Shown in pieces: positions 45,008 through 58,100 of a DNA stretch of 64,000 bases. The stretch is from Antedon mediterranea (taxonomy: Eukaryota; Animalia; Echinodermata): assembly GCF_964355755.1 (NCBI RefSeq), contig NC_092676.1, forward strand, positions 4,441,888 through 4,505,887, in the 5' to 3' direction. Within the stretch, counting starts at the first letter, position 1, and the number at the start of each line of letters is the position of its first letter. Both the position numbers and the translations under genes were made by a program. The notes beneath the pieces are model-generated. The model did no database searches. It was not told the DNA's origin and saw only the letters and a program-made list of their open reading frames with translations.

Positions 45008-46740
45008 TTAACATTTGTGTAACAAACATGTAAAAAAATATGCGTCTCTCCATCCACCCCAACCACCTCCCCTCTCTTTTTATAGATTATTAGTTGCTAA
45101 ATATATGCAAAATGATGGGTCATAGCTCAAATTGACATTTCCAATTGAATTCTGACAAAATATTTTGTTACAGCAAATATAAATGTGTATATTCTGAACA
45201 ATTTGACACCAAACTGAACTTTTTAGGACAAATAGTTACCGAGATATCGACATATTCAAACATTAGAGGTCAAGGGTCAAAAAAGCTTAATTTATGGTAG
45301 TTTTTTGAAAAAAGTTTCCATTAGACTAAATATTAGATTTATTTTCTTAACATTTTGAGCCCATTCTCAAATCTCTGAGATTGCGCGTTATTGAGATATT
45401 AGGCGATCAAGGTCAAAGGTCAAACTAAAAAATAAAGCATTTGCGGCCATTTTTTTTAAATTTTTTTCATTGTAGCGAATATAAATATGTATCTTCCAAG
45501 CATTTTGACAACAAAATTAATGTAAAATGTCCATGCGTTGTCAAGATATGGCGATTTTTAGTTATATAATAGAAAAATATAAAAATTGAGGTCAAAGGTC
45601 ACAGAGGTCAAATCAGATTTCCAGTAACTTTGTTTTGGCATCTCCACACTATACTCTACCAAACTGCTATATTGAATAATTTGTATCCAGTCTGGTAACA
45701 TCCCACCCCTTTTTCTCCCCTTAGGGACTGGACTATAATGCTGAGTGACTGTGAAGTCTAATACTTACAGCAGCGATTTCAAGTTACGAGAGGTGACCGC
45801 TTACGGGAGGTTCTGACGATATTGGGCCAAAATCACGTATTATGGCTATGCACAATATTTTTCGCCATTCTTAACGCAACAGGCCTCTTCCCAATATTCT
45901 CCAGCTAATTGTATTTTATTGTTTATGATCAGGTTGTTTATTATTATTTATGATTTTCAGACAAATTGGTCAGTCAAAAGCTGTGTAGTTTTCTCATCGC
46001 ATCTAAAAAACACAGGAATGTTCTTCACAGAAATATATTTAAAACCGCTACGAAATAAAGCTACTGTAATATAATAATTAATATATAAAGCACAAATGTA
46101 TCAAAATTAATACAAATTTTTATGATGACCACTTTACGGGAGGTAATTTACCATACAAAAATCTAATTTGTAGTAAAAAAAAAAAAAAGTGGCCGACGCC
46201 GTGGCTGCTTACTGGGCCCGCCAGGGGGTATAGGCCTAGCCGCTTAATTACAGGAGGTATCAAATGCACTAATTAATTAGATACGAAGAAAACAAGCTTT
46301 TGAAAGCCTCCAAGGAGGTTCAACTGGTCTGTAGGTGCAAAATTATTAATGCCAAACTCAGTAAATTATTACTCTTTCTGCGTGTCATACATATCCATGT
46401 AGCAAGCATCAGAATCGACCACACACATTATTCAGTCACTTTCTCCTATCGGAAATACAGTATAAACCAGAAATAAATGTATAGAGAGGGAAGCTGCAGG
46501 CCTACCTAGCTAGGCTGATATGGAAGCAAACACTTATGTACTTTATGATATTTTATAAGTCAGAAGCCTTTACTTACTCTACTACTTTTATTTCCTTTGT
46601 GTACACTACTGCGCGTGTGTCACACGCAAAAGGAGAAGTCTTGATCAGGTGATCAGAACACTTGTCGTATCACATGATATACTCCACAAACAACAATAAC
46701 TTCATCCACGATCTGTTTTTTTTGGGAATTAAATATAAAA

Positions 46741-49700
46741 ATGCTTTTGATGCTAGAAGATGAGCATAAGGACCATCTTAGCTTTCTAACCCAAGTTGAA
46801 ATAGATGGTGTGTTAATAGTCTTCAGTTTTCTATTAGTATTAAAAACTGAACTCTCTAGCTGGCCTAAACTAGACTAGGCTAGGCCTAGGCCTACTAGAA
46901 GGAAGATTACAAACATAGCAGCCAGCCAGGGTCTCATTGCATTGGCTAAACTCTATAAGCTGGGCTTACGAGACTAAATTATAGGCCTAGCTAGGTAGAG
47001 CTATATTTAGGACGTAGTACTGTAATTGTAAGTTTTAAATCACTGCCTCTTTAATGTCACTAAAAGTGACTTGATTACTAAATAAAAGGTAAGCATCAAT
47101 CCCAGCCAGATACCATGCTTTTAAAACGAATTTACTTTTTCAGTGGTACAAAAGTTCTGCCAGATTGCTCTGGATTTTATCAAGAATGGTTCAAATCCAA
47201 AACTGTACCAATCAGCTGCTCGTAAGTTAAGCCCTATCTACACTATCAAACTTTAAACGACATGATGATGTCATATCACTACCATATTTGGCCACATCAC
47301 ACTTTGACAGTGTAGACAGAGCTTTATATAAATTCATGCATTTGATTAAAAGTGAAAATATTACTTTGTTTTATTACAGTACCTATTATGTATTATACTT
47401 CAAATATCTTGTGTTTGCCTGAATGATGATATAAAAAAAATGAAATAATTTTTACTACAGAAAAACTATCAGTTGATGCTCTTACAGTTCAGAATGGAGT
47501 TCAGGGACTTATGTATTTACTGACAGAAAGTTCTAAATTAATGGTAAGTGTGTTGAGAGGTACAGTATTGTGCCCCTTGGTGCCCCTCCCCACTTTAAAC
47601 TTATATCATTGTCGTAGAGGAACCTGTAAAGTGAACATTTTCTATGTTAAGAATTGAAAGCTAACTTTTATGGCCGACTTCTATGTCAACTAGTCTTACA
47701 TTCATCTGAATGTCCAGTGCCCACCTTAACCAGAGGAGAGGCATAAGCCAATATGTCTGAGGCAGATACTAGATACAGGGGCTCCATAAGAGTCGGCAGT
47801 GCTGATTTCAAATGCCTAATGAGTAATGGTACCCCAGCTCTATATACAGCACCCGGTATTCCCAGATGGTCTCCCATCCAAACTCTAACCGGGCCCAATG
47901 TTGCTTAACTTTGGTGATCTGACGAGAACCGGTGTTTCAACGTGGTAAGGCCGTATATCTATATAAGATAACTTACCTATTACCATATTAACTTGCATTT
48001 AAGCCCTTAAAAAAAATATCTCTTACTATAAAAAAAAAAGCAATAACATCAATGAGATTTGTCTACGCTATCAAACTAGTTTGACCAAAAAGTGTGATGT
48101 GCCCAAATATGGAAGTCATATGACATCATCATGTCCATATATGGGCACATCACACTTTTTTGAGAGCTTAACAAATGGAAAGCTAAACACACACTGGCTT
48201 GCAGAAAACCATTGGCATAACCCATTTCATTTATAATCAAACTTGCATAATTTATGCCATAATTAATGTCATGCATGCACACGTTGAGGATAAAAAATAA
48301 TGCTTCCTTGAAAAACATTTAATTAATGTTAAATTATCATCTTATTATGTTGCTACTGTCAATTGAATGCATGCTTTACAATAAGTTTAAATTTGTGAAT
48401 AAAAATGTTCCATTCGTAACAGGTATCAGAAATCGACTTTCAAGACTCTATTCTAGTTCTTGGCTTCAGTGAAGAACTGAAAAAAGAATTGCTTCAGATG
48501 TACATGGAAAATCGGAAAGAAATCAGGGAAATCATGTTGGAAATGTCGATGGATTTTCCTCATTATCATGACTTGGAATGGAGATTGGATGTCGAGGTTG
48601 GTAATAAAAAAACAAAATGAAAAAGTATTGTTTTTTGTCTGAATCTGAGTTTGTTTAACATTTCACCTCTAACCTTTCACTGTAACATATATATCCTTGA
48701 TACAAAACATTGTCAGAATTATTTAGGTTTTTATATTGCAATACCTCTCTTGCATCTCCACCTTCAGGCCTGTACACTACTGTAGTTTGTAAATCAACTA
48801 AAATGCTCTGAATATATCAACTTTTCTCAAATTTGTACCTTCAGTAGCAGTGGGACACAGAGCAAAAGAGCCTGACATTCTGTAATTGATCTGTAGCTGG
48901 GTGGTTAACATGCTTGCCTTCCAATCCCAAGGTCTACCTGACCTAGTGCCTTCAACTACACTCCCTAAGCCTCGAATGAGACTTAGGGTATGTTCAGACT
49001 CACGGAGTTACGGTGGAGTTATCAACGCAAGGCGTACGGTAATCCGTGGCGTTAAAAGCGAAGGTGTTCAGACACAATGATCAACATTCCAATGCCTTGC
49101 GTTTAAAACACTCTGATCAGGTCAAAGCAGATAGAACTATATGTATACATTCATGACAATGCATGAAAGTTTACATCCTTTACATTGTTTTTTTCATTTT
49201 TATTTATATAATGTTTACCTTCAAATATACTGATTTTTTTCTTACTACTTGTAGAATTTCATTTTAATTCAAAATAATTTAAAACGTAATTGTTACATGG
49301 ACAATTATCTGATTAATTGATTTAATTTATGAAAATATCATATTACTGACGCCAACTTTACTGTTCTTTAAAATCTGAACCTGAAAATACATTTGACATA
49401 GCTATTTCGCTGTCGTATCATAGGGTACGGGTATGTAGTTGCTGTCTGCTAATCGTGGTCGTGTATTTTCATTGGTTAAGGTTAAAATCACTGATGCATC
49501 ACTGGATTAGCGTTATGAAATCTACCCTCTCCCGCTAGAGTTATTAACGCCACTGGCGCGGAGTAACAGCTTCCTAACGCTAATCCGCGGCATGGTTCAG
49601 ACACAAAAATATGTACGCCGCTTACATAACTCCACCGTAACTCTGGGAGTCTGAACATACCCTTAGTTTATAAAAACAACAAATTATAAATAGTTTATCC

Positions 49701-50336
49701 ATCCTGTAATGGGTGAACTGCTACCTGTTCTTCCTTATATCTTATTCTTATTAACACAAAATTATTTTTACTAACAAACATTACTATTTGTATGCCTAGT
49801 GTGTAAACATTATTGACATAATTTCATAAACATCTTCATGTTGTACAACTACTCGTAACATTTTTTCTCAACTTTCTATCATCTAAAAGTCGTAGTTAGT
49901 CATGCCTCGGGTCACATTCTATGGTCACCGTACAGGTAGGCTACTACATTAGTACTTCTATGAATGGATGACTAGCCGGTGACAATAACGCTAGTTGGTC
50001 ATACCCAGTACCGTTTTGATTTTACGATCATTCGGGAAACCACCTCACGACGTATGAAAGGGCTTACAGAGTCAAAGTTTAAAACTTTTCAACTTTCGTT
50101 TTATATATGTTGCTTTATTTTGTTCTGTTTTGCAGTTGGCAAGTCGCTCTCTCAGACATCAAGTGATTCCGAATATACTGTTGAGATTCCACACCAAGGA
50201 GTATGACGAAAACAAATCAATGCTGCTTCAGACTGACCCGGTCAATCTAGTCCACATGACAGAAGTTTTAGAAGATGCTCTAGACCAAGTTAAAACACAA
50301 CATAGTCGAAGAATTTTAAGAAATATCAATAAATAG
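46741..50336 (+). CDS. COMMD2: COMM domain-containing protein 2 (200 aa)
   Basis: Exons 46741-46807, 47144-47221, 47461-47543, 48423-48596, 50136-50336, all GT-AG, 603 nt. MLLMLEDEHKDHLSFL...GLMYLLTESSKLMVSEIDFQDS..LGFSEEL...YHDLEWRLDVELASRSLR...LQTDP..RRILRNI matches vertebrate COMMD2. Confidence 0.96.
47842..47958 (-). pseudogene. 5S rRNA-derived sequence (pseudogene or SINE3-type head) in COMMD2 intron 3
   Basis: Reverse complement TACGGCCTTACCACGTTGAAACACCGGTTCTCGTCAGATCACCAAAGTTAAGCAAC...TTGGATGGGAGACCATCTGGGAATACCGGGTGCTGTA; solitary, diverged, no T-run terminator. Confidence 0.75.
48986..49662. mobile_element. PIF/Harbinger-like non-autonomous element with TTA TSD, nested in a tRNA-SINE-like remnant
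   Basis: TIRs GGGTATGTTCAGACTC..GAGTTACGGTGGAGTTAT / ATAACTCCACCGTAACTC..GAGTCTGAACATACCC; TTA on both sides. Confidence 0.72.
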
Positions 50337-51479
50337 ATAATACTGTAATTGTTATTTCACATACATAATATTACATCTTTGTTATTTTATATAAATATTA
50401 GTACACCTGTATTTCATATTCATATTAGTACACCTGTGGTCAATAATATTTATATAAAATCATGAGTAATTATTTGATTGGGCAATATCAGGTATCTCGA
50501 TCTAGTACACATACAGTAAATGTAACTTGACTGTATATACAACTGCCATTCAATAGTGTATGTTACTGTATCATTAAAAAAAAAAAGTTATTTTGTCATC
50601 AACTGCCTTCCATATTTTGACATGAATTTTTTTCTAGAATATTCTCACAGTGCCATTTTTGTGTCTATCAGTTGTAAAACCACACACGGATCAGGGTGTT
50701 CTTGAATTATACTAATAAAAAATAAAATTACGGCACGGTAGCAACAACATTTTACACCTGCCCCTATGTTATATAACAGAAAACAATTTTAATTGTTTTA
50801 ATTGTTTGTTAAAATATTAAAAAATATTTTCATAATTGAAGTAGAAATCAGTTCCATGCCATACATAAGAGCAAAAGTGTGCTCTTTTTAAAAAAAGCAA
50901 CATAACCTATGAGTTACAGTTAAAGCGTGGTTTTTACTACAGACACAACGCAAGAAGGCCAGTTGACCAATGACAGTTCAATTAATCCATCGCTTATGAT
51001 TGGTCAAATCACTTATTTTGCGTTGCATCTAGTGTGATCCTTTAGAGGTACACATGCATCAACTAATTTTAGATAAATATTATTGAAAAAATTTCCAGGT
51101 GCATGTTCTAATACAGTACATTGATGCTAATAAAAAGGACTTTTATATATTTTACAAAAGTGTTGTTTATTTAATTAGATACTCTATAACAGTTATTTAC
51201 AATATAATTCAAGAAAATAAATACAATATTATAGAGTAGTATCAAATGTTGACAATATGCAGTAGTCTGAATTAAGCCCTGTCTACAAATATGGTAGTGA
51301 TATGATGTCATCGTTTGCATATATGGGCACCAGATTATTTGTCGCATAAAGTTTGATATAATAGTGTGGACAGAGCTTAAGTTAAAATATACCTTGTTGC
51401 CATTTGTTCTCTATTTGGGAGAATGCAATTTCACAACAAGAAGGAACCAACACTTGGTTTTAGTGAGTCGTAGATTTGG

Positions 51480-51775
51480 TATGATAATAATATCCTGGAT
51501 TTATATAGAGCCTAATGTTGTGAAACCTCTAAGCACTGAACATTATTATCCAAGTCATTTTTTTTTTTATCAAACACGTATGGAAACATACTCCAATAAT
51601 GCAGCTAGTAATCAGCGCAAAGTTGTATCTTGATCTAACCGGGTACCCATTTATACACCTGGGTGGAGAGAAGCAAACGTAAGTAAAGTATCTTGCCTAC
51701 AAGCAATGCGGCGAGAGTTGGGTTCGAACCTCAATCTCGCGATCAGTAGTCCAACGCACTGCGCCACACGCCCTT
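51480..51775 (-). mobile_element. tRNA-head CORE-type SINE (partial copies at ~59195-59260 and ~60340-60480)
   Basis: Minus strand: GGTTCGAACCC B box, then ggcaagatacttt...ctctccacccaggtgtataaatgggtac CORE-like segment. Confidence 0.6.
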
Positions 51776-52109
51776 ACATGATTGTCGGCAACATTCTGCA
51801 GACTTTTGCATACACATTGCCTTGAGAATTAAACAGCATCTGTCACGATCATCTTATCAAAGGAAAACTGAATTTGCATGAATTTTGTTAGTTTGCAAAG
51901 ACAACTTACAAGCCTTACATCTCTAGGGCTCAACATAGATTGATACTCTGCTTTTAAATGTACCAGTCAAGTACAAGCTAATTGGAAGGTTTTGAACAAG
52001 TTTATGTGGCGCAGCGGCATGTACGTCCATAAATTACAAGCAACTATTGAACTTTTTTTTACAGGAACAAAAAAGAATAAAAGTCTACAAAATCAGGTTA
52101 CCAGTGGAA

Positions 52110-55100
52110 TCACTTCTTGTTTTGTGAAGCACGTTTTTTAAGGTGCGATTGTACTTTATCGTGAAAGGCTTTCATTTTCTTTCTATTTTCCTCATAAAAC
52201 TTTTTCCTCTCTTCTTCTTTCTTTTTTGTCTTCACCTCTTCAAGTTGATTGTACAATCTATAAGGATGACCAAATTGTAATCATGTAAGTCGTATTTTGA
52301 GTTTTTGTTCAAACTCACGTTGTTATCCAAACAATTTCAACAATAGTTGTTTAATTCTACACTTACAGTACTAACTTTATTCATCTAGGTTGTGCTAAGA
52401 AAACTACACCTTATCGCCTTTTTTTTCAATTATTTAAATGTATATTTCTTGTTACTAAACATAAAGTTGAAAGTGACAGAAATCCTACACCAGTTTTTGA
52501 TCGGACTCACTAAAAGAGAGCCTGTTTCCATTTATGCAAATTTAATTGAATATGTATATACTATACTTTGAATTTGCCTAGTGGAAACGGGTATTAGTAA
52601 TGTCATACAGTACCTCAAGTTCCTTTGTAACTTGTCTTTTTCAGAATCCTTCCTCTTTTTTGGTGCAAGTGTTTTCTTGGATAACTTCTTAGTTTTTGTT
52701 CCTTTGTTCCTTCCATTTGTACCAGCAGAATTTGATGAATTTTCATTCGGACTACTAGATTCATCTACGATAAAGATATAAGACATGAATTGAATAACAT
52801 TGGAGTGATTATTAAATATCACTCTTACTATTTTTCACCATCAATCTTTTAGATATCTTTATTAAAAAAACAGATTTTAAATAAAAGATTAACTTTTTTG
52901 ATGCAAGGCCAAATTTTGCAAATAGAAACATGAAAAAATGAACCAATATTATGTGGGTCAAAACCATTTGACTTTCACAAGTTGCAATGACTACTCTAAA
53001 ATAGCTGTAGTAGTGTTTAGTAAAAAAATCTACTCGATTTAATCTCTGTATATTAATCTTACCTAAATTTAGTTTCTTCATAGCCTTTTTCTTTGTTAGT
53101 TTTTTACCAACAGTGGTTTTTGGTGGATGCTGTTCACGATCAATGACCTTGTCTTGCCTGGTTTTAGATGAAATTATGAACTTCTTTTTATGCCTAGCAA
53201 ATGCCTCTTGCAGGCTGAGAGAGCTTTGTCCAGCACCTGACGTGTCTGAAATAACACAATGCAAGTACCAGTAAAAGAAAAAAAACAGCAAGAAAAATTA
53301 GGCTTTCATGGTTATTATTACCAGTTTAACTATTATTACCAGTTTAGCTAACAATTAACAGTTTTACTATTACAGTATAACCAGTTTATCTAACTACTAA
53401 CAGTTTTACTATTACAGTATTACCAGTTTAGCTAGCTATTATATTAACAGTTTAACTATTACAGTATTACCAGTTTATACTATTATTACCAGTTTTACTA
53501 TACAGTATTACCAGTTTAGCAACTAACAGTTTAACTATTACAGTATTACCAGTTTAGCTAACTATTAACAGTTTTAGCAATAAAAAAGACTAGGCAAATT
53601 GTTTTGTATTACTATTACTATTAAAAACTGAACTTCTACAAAAATCCAATGCTAAACTGAGTTTCCATGCAATATCTTGAAAGTAATTTAGTTACCTGAG
53701 CTTTGAAAAGAGCTAGAGGTCATTACATTGTCTTGATGTATTTTCTGCACTTTCTGTGAAAATGGTGTTGCAACTTCTGATTCATGTTTTTGAAATGAAA
53801 GCAGTGATTCACTAATGTCATCAAAACTTGCAGAAAAATCTGCTCCTTTGGCTTCTGACAGTCGCTTGAAAGGCAGACTTTCTGTAAATGACCTTTCACT
53901 TAGAGCCTCTACAGCAGAATAATACATTATCCTTCCTTCGGACAGTGGCTCCAGATGTGTTCTGCCATTTGCCGTAAGACTTTCTTCACTCATAGAGCTT
54001 GCAGCAGAATTATCGGTTATCCTTCCTTCTGACAGAGGCTCCAGATTTTTTCTGCCATTTGCCATAAGTGCTCCTTCACTCATAGTCAAAGTGCCTGAAA
54101 CAGAATTATCGGTTATCCTTCCTTCTGACAGACGCTCCGGGGGTTTTCTGCCAATTATCGTAAGTGTTCCTTCACTTATAGTGGCTGCAGCAGAATTGTC
54201 AATTATCCTTCCTTCTGACTGAGGATGTGGATGTTTGCTACCATTTTCAGTAAGCGTTCCTTCACTCAGACAAACATTAGCTGTAGTCTCTACTATTCTC
54301 TCTTCTGATAGTGAATAATTCCGTCCCAGAGGTTGATTTTCATCTCCGGTAAGTATTCCTTCACTTAGAGAAGCACTGGTTGAGTCATCAATGATTCTTC
54401 CTTCGGATAATGGTTCAAGAGGTGCAAATTCCTCTTCATTAAGCAAACTTTGACTTAGAGTTGCCATTGCAGAGTAATCTACTATCCTTCCCTCTGATAA
54501 ACCTTCTAAAGTCTGATTACTGGTTTCAGATATTAAACCTTCACTCATGGCAGTTACCTGGTCAAAACTCCTAAACAGACTTTTACTAAGTTGCCCTTCA
54601 GATAATCTGGTTCCAATATCACTTTCTGATAAAGAATTGTGGAAAGACCCTTCTGATAATGAAGCCTCCGAAACTGGTCCTTCAGAGATGGTTGTGTCTG
54701 GAATGGAAACCAGTGTTAAATCTGGCTCTTCCATTATACCATTTGATTTTTCCTACACAAATAAATAAATTAAGTTAATCTGTAGAGGAATTAAGAATAC
54801 CAAATTCTAAACTGAACTTCACTAATAATTTTAAGACAAAAATTAAACATAAATTTCACACAACTTTTAGATGTAACTGAGTAAAAAGTATATTTTGAGT
54901 AAAAAGAGATGAAAATTGTTTACCCCTATACAGTATAGAAATAGTATACTCCTGAAAATAAATAAAATATCAAATGTGTCATAAAGGATATATAATCTTA
55001 CCTTTTCCTTTGGAAGTGGTTCTGTCAATTCCTTTTCAGTTTTCTTCTCTGCTTCATTGATTTGTTCTAATTTCTGCTTCTGATAGTAATCTTGTTCTCT

Positions 55101-58100
55101 GATTTGTTTCGATTTCTCAATCATCTGGATCAATCGATCAACTTGTTCTGATTCGCTACTCTCTGTCGAACTACCACCATAACCAACAACTTTTGACGTA
55201 TATCTATCAGAGTTTAATTTCTCTGGATCGTCTGAAACTGATGACTGCGACTTCGAGGATGATCTTTTCCTGACAAAAGTTGGCATGGTACCACTTGGAA
55301 GGTCTACCCTTTCCTCCTCACTAACTTGTCCCAAACCACTCAGTGTTCTGCTGGACACCAGCTGTGACAAATCTCTTGACAAGAAGCTTGGTCCTTCAGA
55401 AGACAAACTATGTTGACTGAATGACACATCGGAAAACATTTGCAGTCCTTGACTGTGTAATGTTCGTCTGGACATAACTGCTTGAAGCATTCTTTTCAAA
55501 TCATCTTTGTTACTAGACTGATCATTAATGTTCTTCTGATTACTGATGGTTTGAGAGTCATCGTTTGTATCTAGTTCACGAGAATGAACTTGATTTAAAA
55601 CATTGTTATCATCTTGGCTTGCACTTACATCTCCTGACTTTAAGCTTAATCTATTAAACAAATGTTCAAAATCGTCATTTAATGCATCTGTAACATTTGT
55701 TTTATTTCTATTAATGGATGAACTTGTGGAATTTGTTGAGGCTCTGCTCATTGTTATGCCATCATGTTGAGACACTGAATCAAACTCTTGTTTAGGCAAA
55801 TGAAAACTGTATTCACCAGGTAAAGATATGTCAGGTTTAGAAGAAGTTCCTGATACATACAGGGGCAACGGCACAAGTTGTGATTCATTTCCAGATTGTT
55901 TAACTTTATGCCTGATCTCTCCCAGGTCAAATTCATCAGTAACTTTTACTGGCTCTATTGAGTAATCACTAAGAGCAGGTGATACAGAAGTTTTAGCATG
56001 TTCGCTGTCTTTGGGAATTGTAAAAGAATCTTTTGAGGTATCCAGAGAATGTGTACTAAGAGTAGCATTTGCTGTTAACTCCGCTTGAAGTCTGTGGAAG
56101 AGTACTGGACTTTTATTTACTAAAGAGTAACTGGACATGTCTGCGGTGACTGATGTATCTTTAGATGCACTTGTTAAGTCTAGTAGGTTAGGAAGTCGCA
56201 ACTGTTCATTTGTATCTGAAATATCTCTCTTGTCTTCACTTCTTGGTACTTTTTGTGAGTACCTATTCATGTATTCACTTAATGTTTGAGAAATCAGAGA
56301 TGATGTATTAACTAGTTCACGATCTTGTGATTTATCTGGATATTCAGACAATGTACTATATTGAGAAATACTGCCTCTGCTTCCTCTCTTATCAATTGTA
56401 TATTCGCTGAGTGCAGTCTTGTTTGAATTCCTAATTTCTGGGTTGCTGATATTTTCTCTGCTTGCTTCTGTACTGTGAAATGTACTTACATAAGTACTTC
56501 TTTGATCCTGAACTGGGTTATCCTCTAAGAAGCTTTGTTTTAACTTTGGTGTTGGGTGTGTCAAAATATCTTTCCAGATAGGACCTTTAGTAAAAGAGGT
56601 TTTTGTGGCAGATACCACAGAGGGGGGAATGGATGATTCCAAGCTCTCAGAATTCTGTGTTGAAGACTGGAACTCATGTGGTTTAAACTGAGGGAGATCT
56701 TCAATCTCTTGTCCAACACCACGAAAGTCAATTTTCTCTCTATCAGAAACAGGAAAGTCTTCTTCTATTACAGGATTTGAAATGTTGATAATAGCTTTGG
56801 GTGATACTTTAGAGGTATAACCATTGTTGCTTTTAACTTCTGGGGAGTACATCTTCATATTGTAACTTTCTACTGTGGGATGTTTTACCATATCAAAATG
56901 GCTGTGAACATCATTTGTTTTCCAGTCCGACTCATCCTGGGTGTCAGAAGTATTATTTTCCGAAATTTCTTCAGCCGTCAGAGATTTAAACTGTAGAGAA
57001 GAAAGTTCATCTTGGAATACGGAGTGTGACTGGTTTTTTGGACTTTCCATCTCATGGATTGTGCTCAACTCATGACCGTTTAATTTGACATCAACAGGAA
57101 TCACCTTAGGGATGCTAACTGGCGGGTATGTTCTCTGTCTCACGGTAGTTTGATAAGGAACATGTTCACGGTCATCATAAAGAACACCATGTTCATTAAA
57201 AGGTAGTTTGTCAACATCTGGTGTTACAGATGGTCTGTCAACATCTGGTGTTACAGATGGTCTGTCAACATCTGGTGTTACAGATGGTCTGTCAACATCT
57301 GGTTCTAGCACACTATGTATATCTTCATTGACTATGTCTTTTTTCAAATGTAATAGTTCTTTCTGTTGTATAAATTCCGGATACAGTTTATTGAATGTTA
57401 TTGGTGATGTCCTTGTTGCAGGACTGAATGATCTAGGACTAATGGACTTTTGTCTAGTTATCTGTACTTCACTGTCAGACATATTTTCCGTAGCATCTAC
57501 TGTGGGTAGATGTTCCCCTCTCAAGTGACACTTAAGTTGCATTTGCTTTTCTTCTAAACTTCTTTTTTGCATTTCCTGATGTTTGAAAAGAGTTTCCCTT
57601 TGCTTTTGCATTAATTCTTGTTGCTCCCGTAGCCACTTTATTCTAATTTCATGCTCTTTATAAAATTCAGTAATACGTTCTTCGTCTTTAATATGTGGAT
57701 ATTGTGTAATGGGAGCTTTTAAATTTGTATGAGATGAAACAGTCTGATATCTGTGTGTTTGGTCTTTTGTTGGAAAGTAAGTTTCTGACTGATCTCTGAG
57801 ACTGATGGGTTGATGTGTAGATGATGGTATTTTAGTGTTATAATAGGTATCAGTAGGTAAAGAAGTCTCATGTTTGTTTGCATCTGATGTTGCCGCAGAG
57901 ATGTCATGTTCAATTTTGGAATTAGTGGTCATCACCAATTCGGAATGACTTATATCAGGTGCTGAAGAGATGGTATGATCATCTGTAGACAGAGCATATG
58001 AATGTGGTTCTAAAGACTCGGTGTAAGACTTTGGAACTGAAGACTCAGTGTCTAACTGTGGTACTGAAGACATAAGGTATGACGGTGGTACTGAAGACAT

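Larger units (their letters stand above)
42681..45735. mobile_element. ~3-kb long-TIR DNA element (Academ-like) with nested insertions
   Basis: Ends TAGTCCGGTCCCTAAGGGGA / TCCCCTTAGGGACTGGACTA, TAA on both flanks; several hundred bp of diverged inverted homology with TGACCTTTGACC subrepeats. Confidence 0.55.

Noticed and set aside
47842-47958. Functional 5S rRNA gene
   Set aside because: Solitary, intronic, diverged from the 5S consensus at several positions including the terminal stem, and lacking a Pol III T-run terminator.
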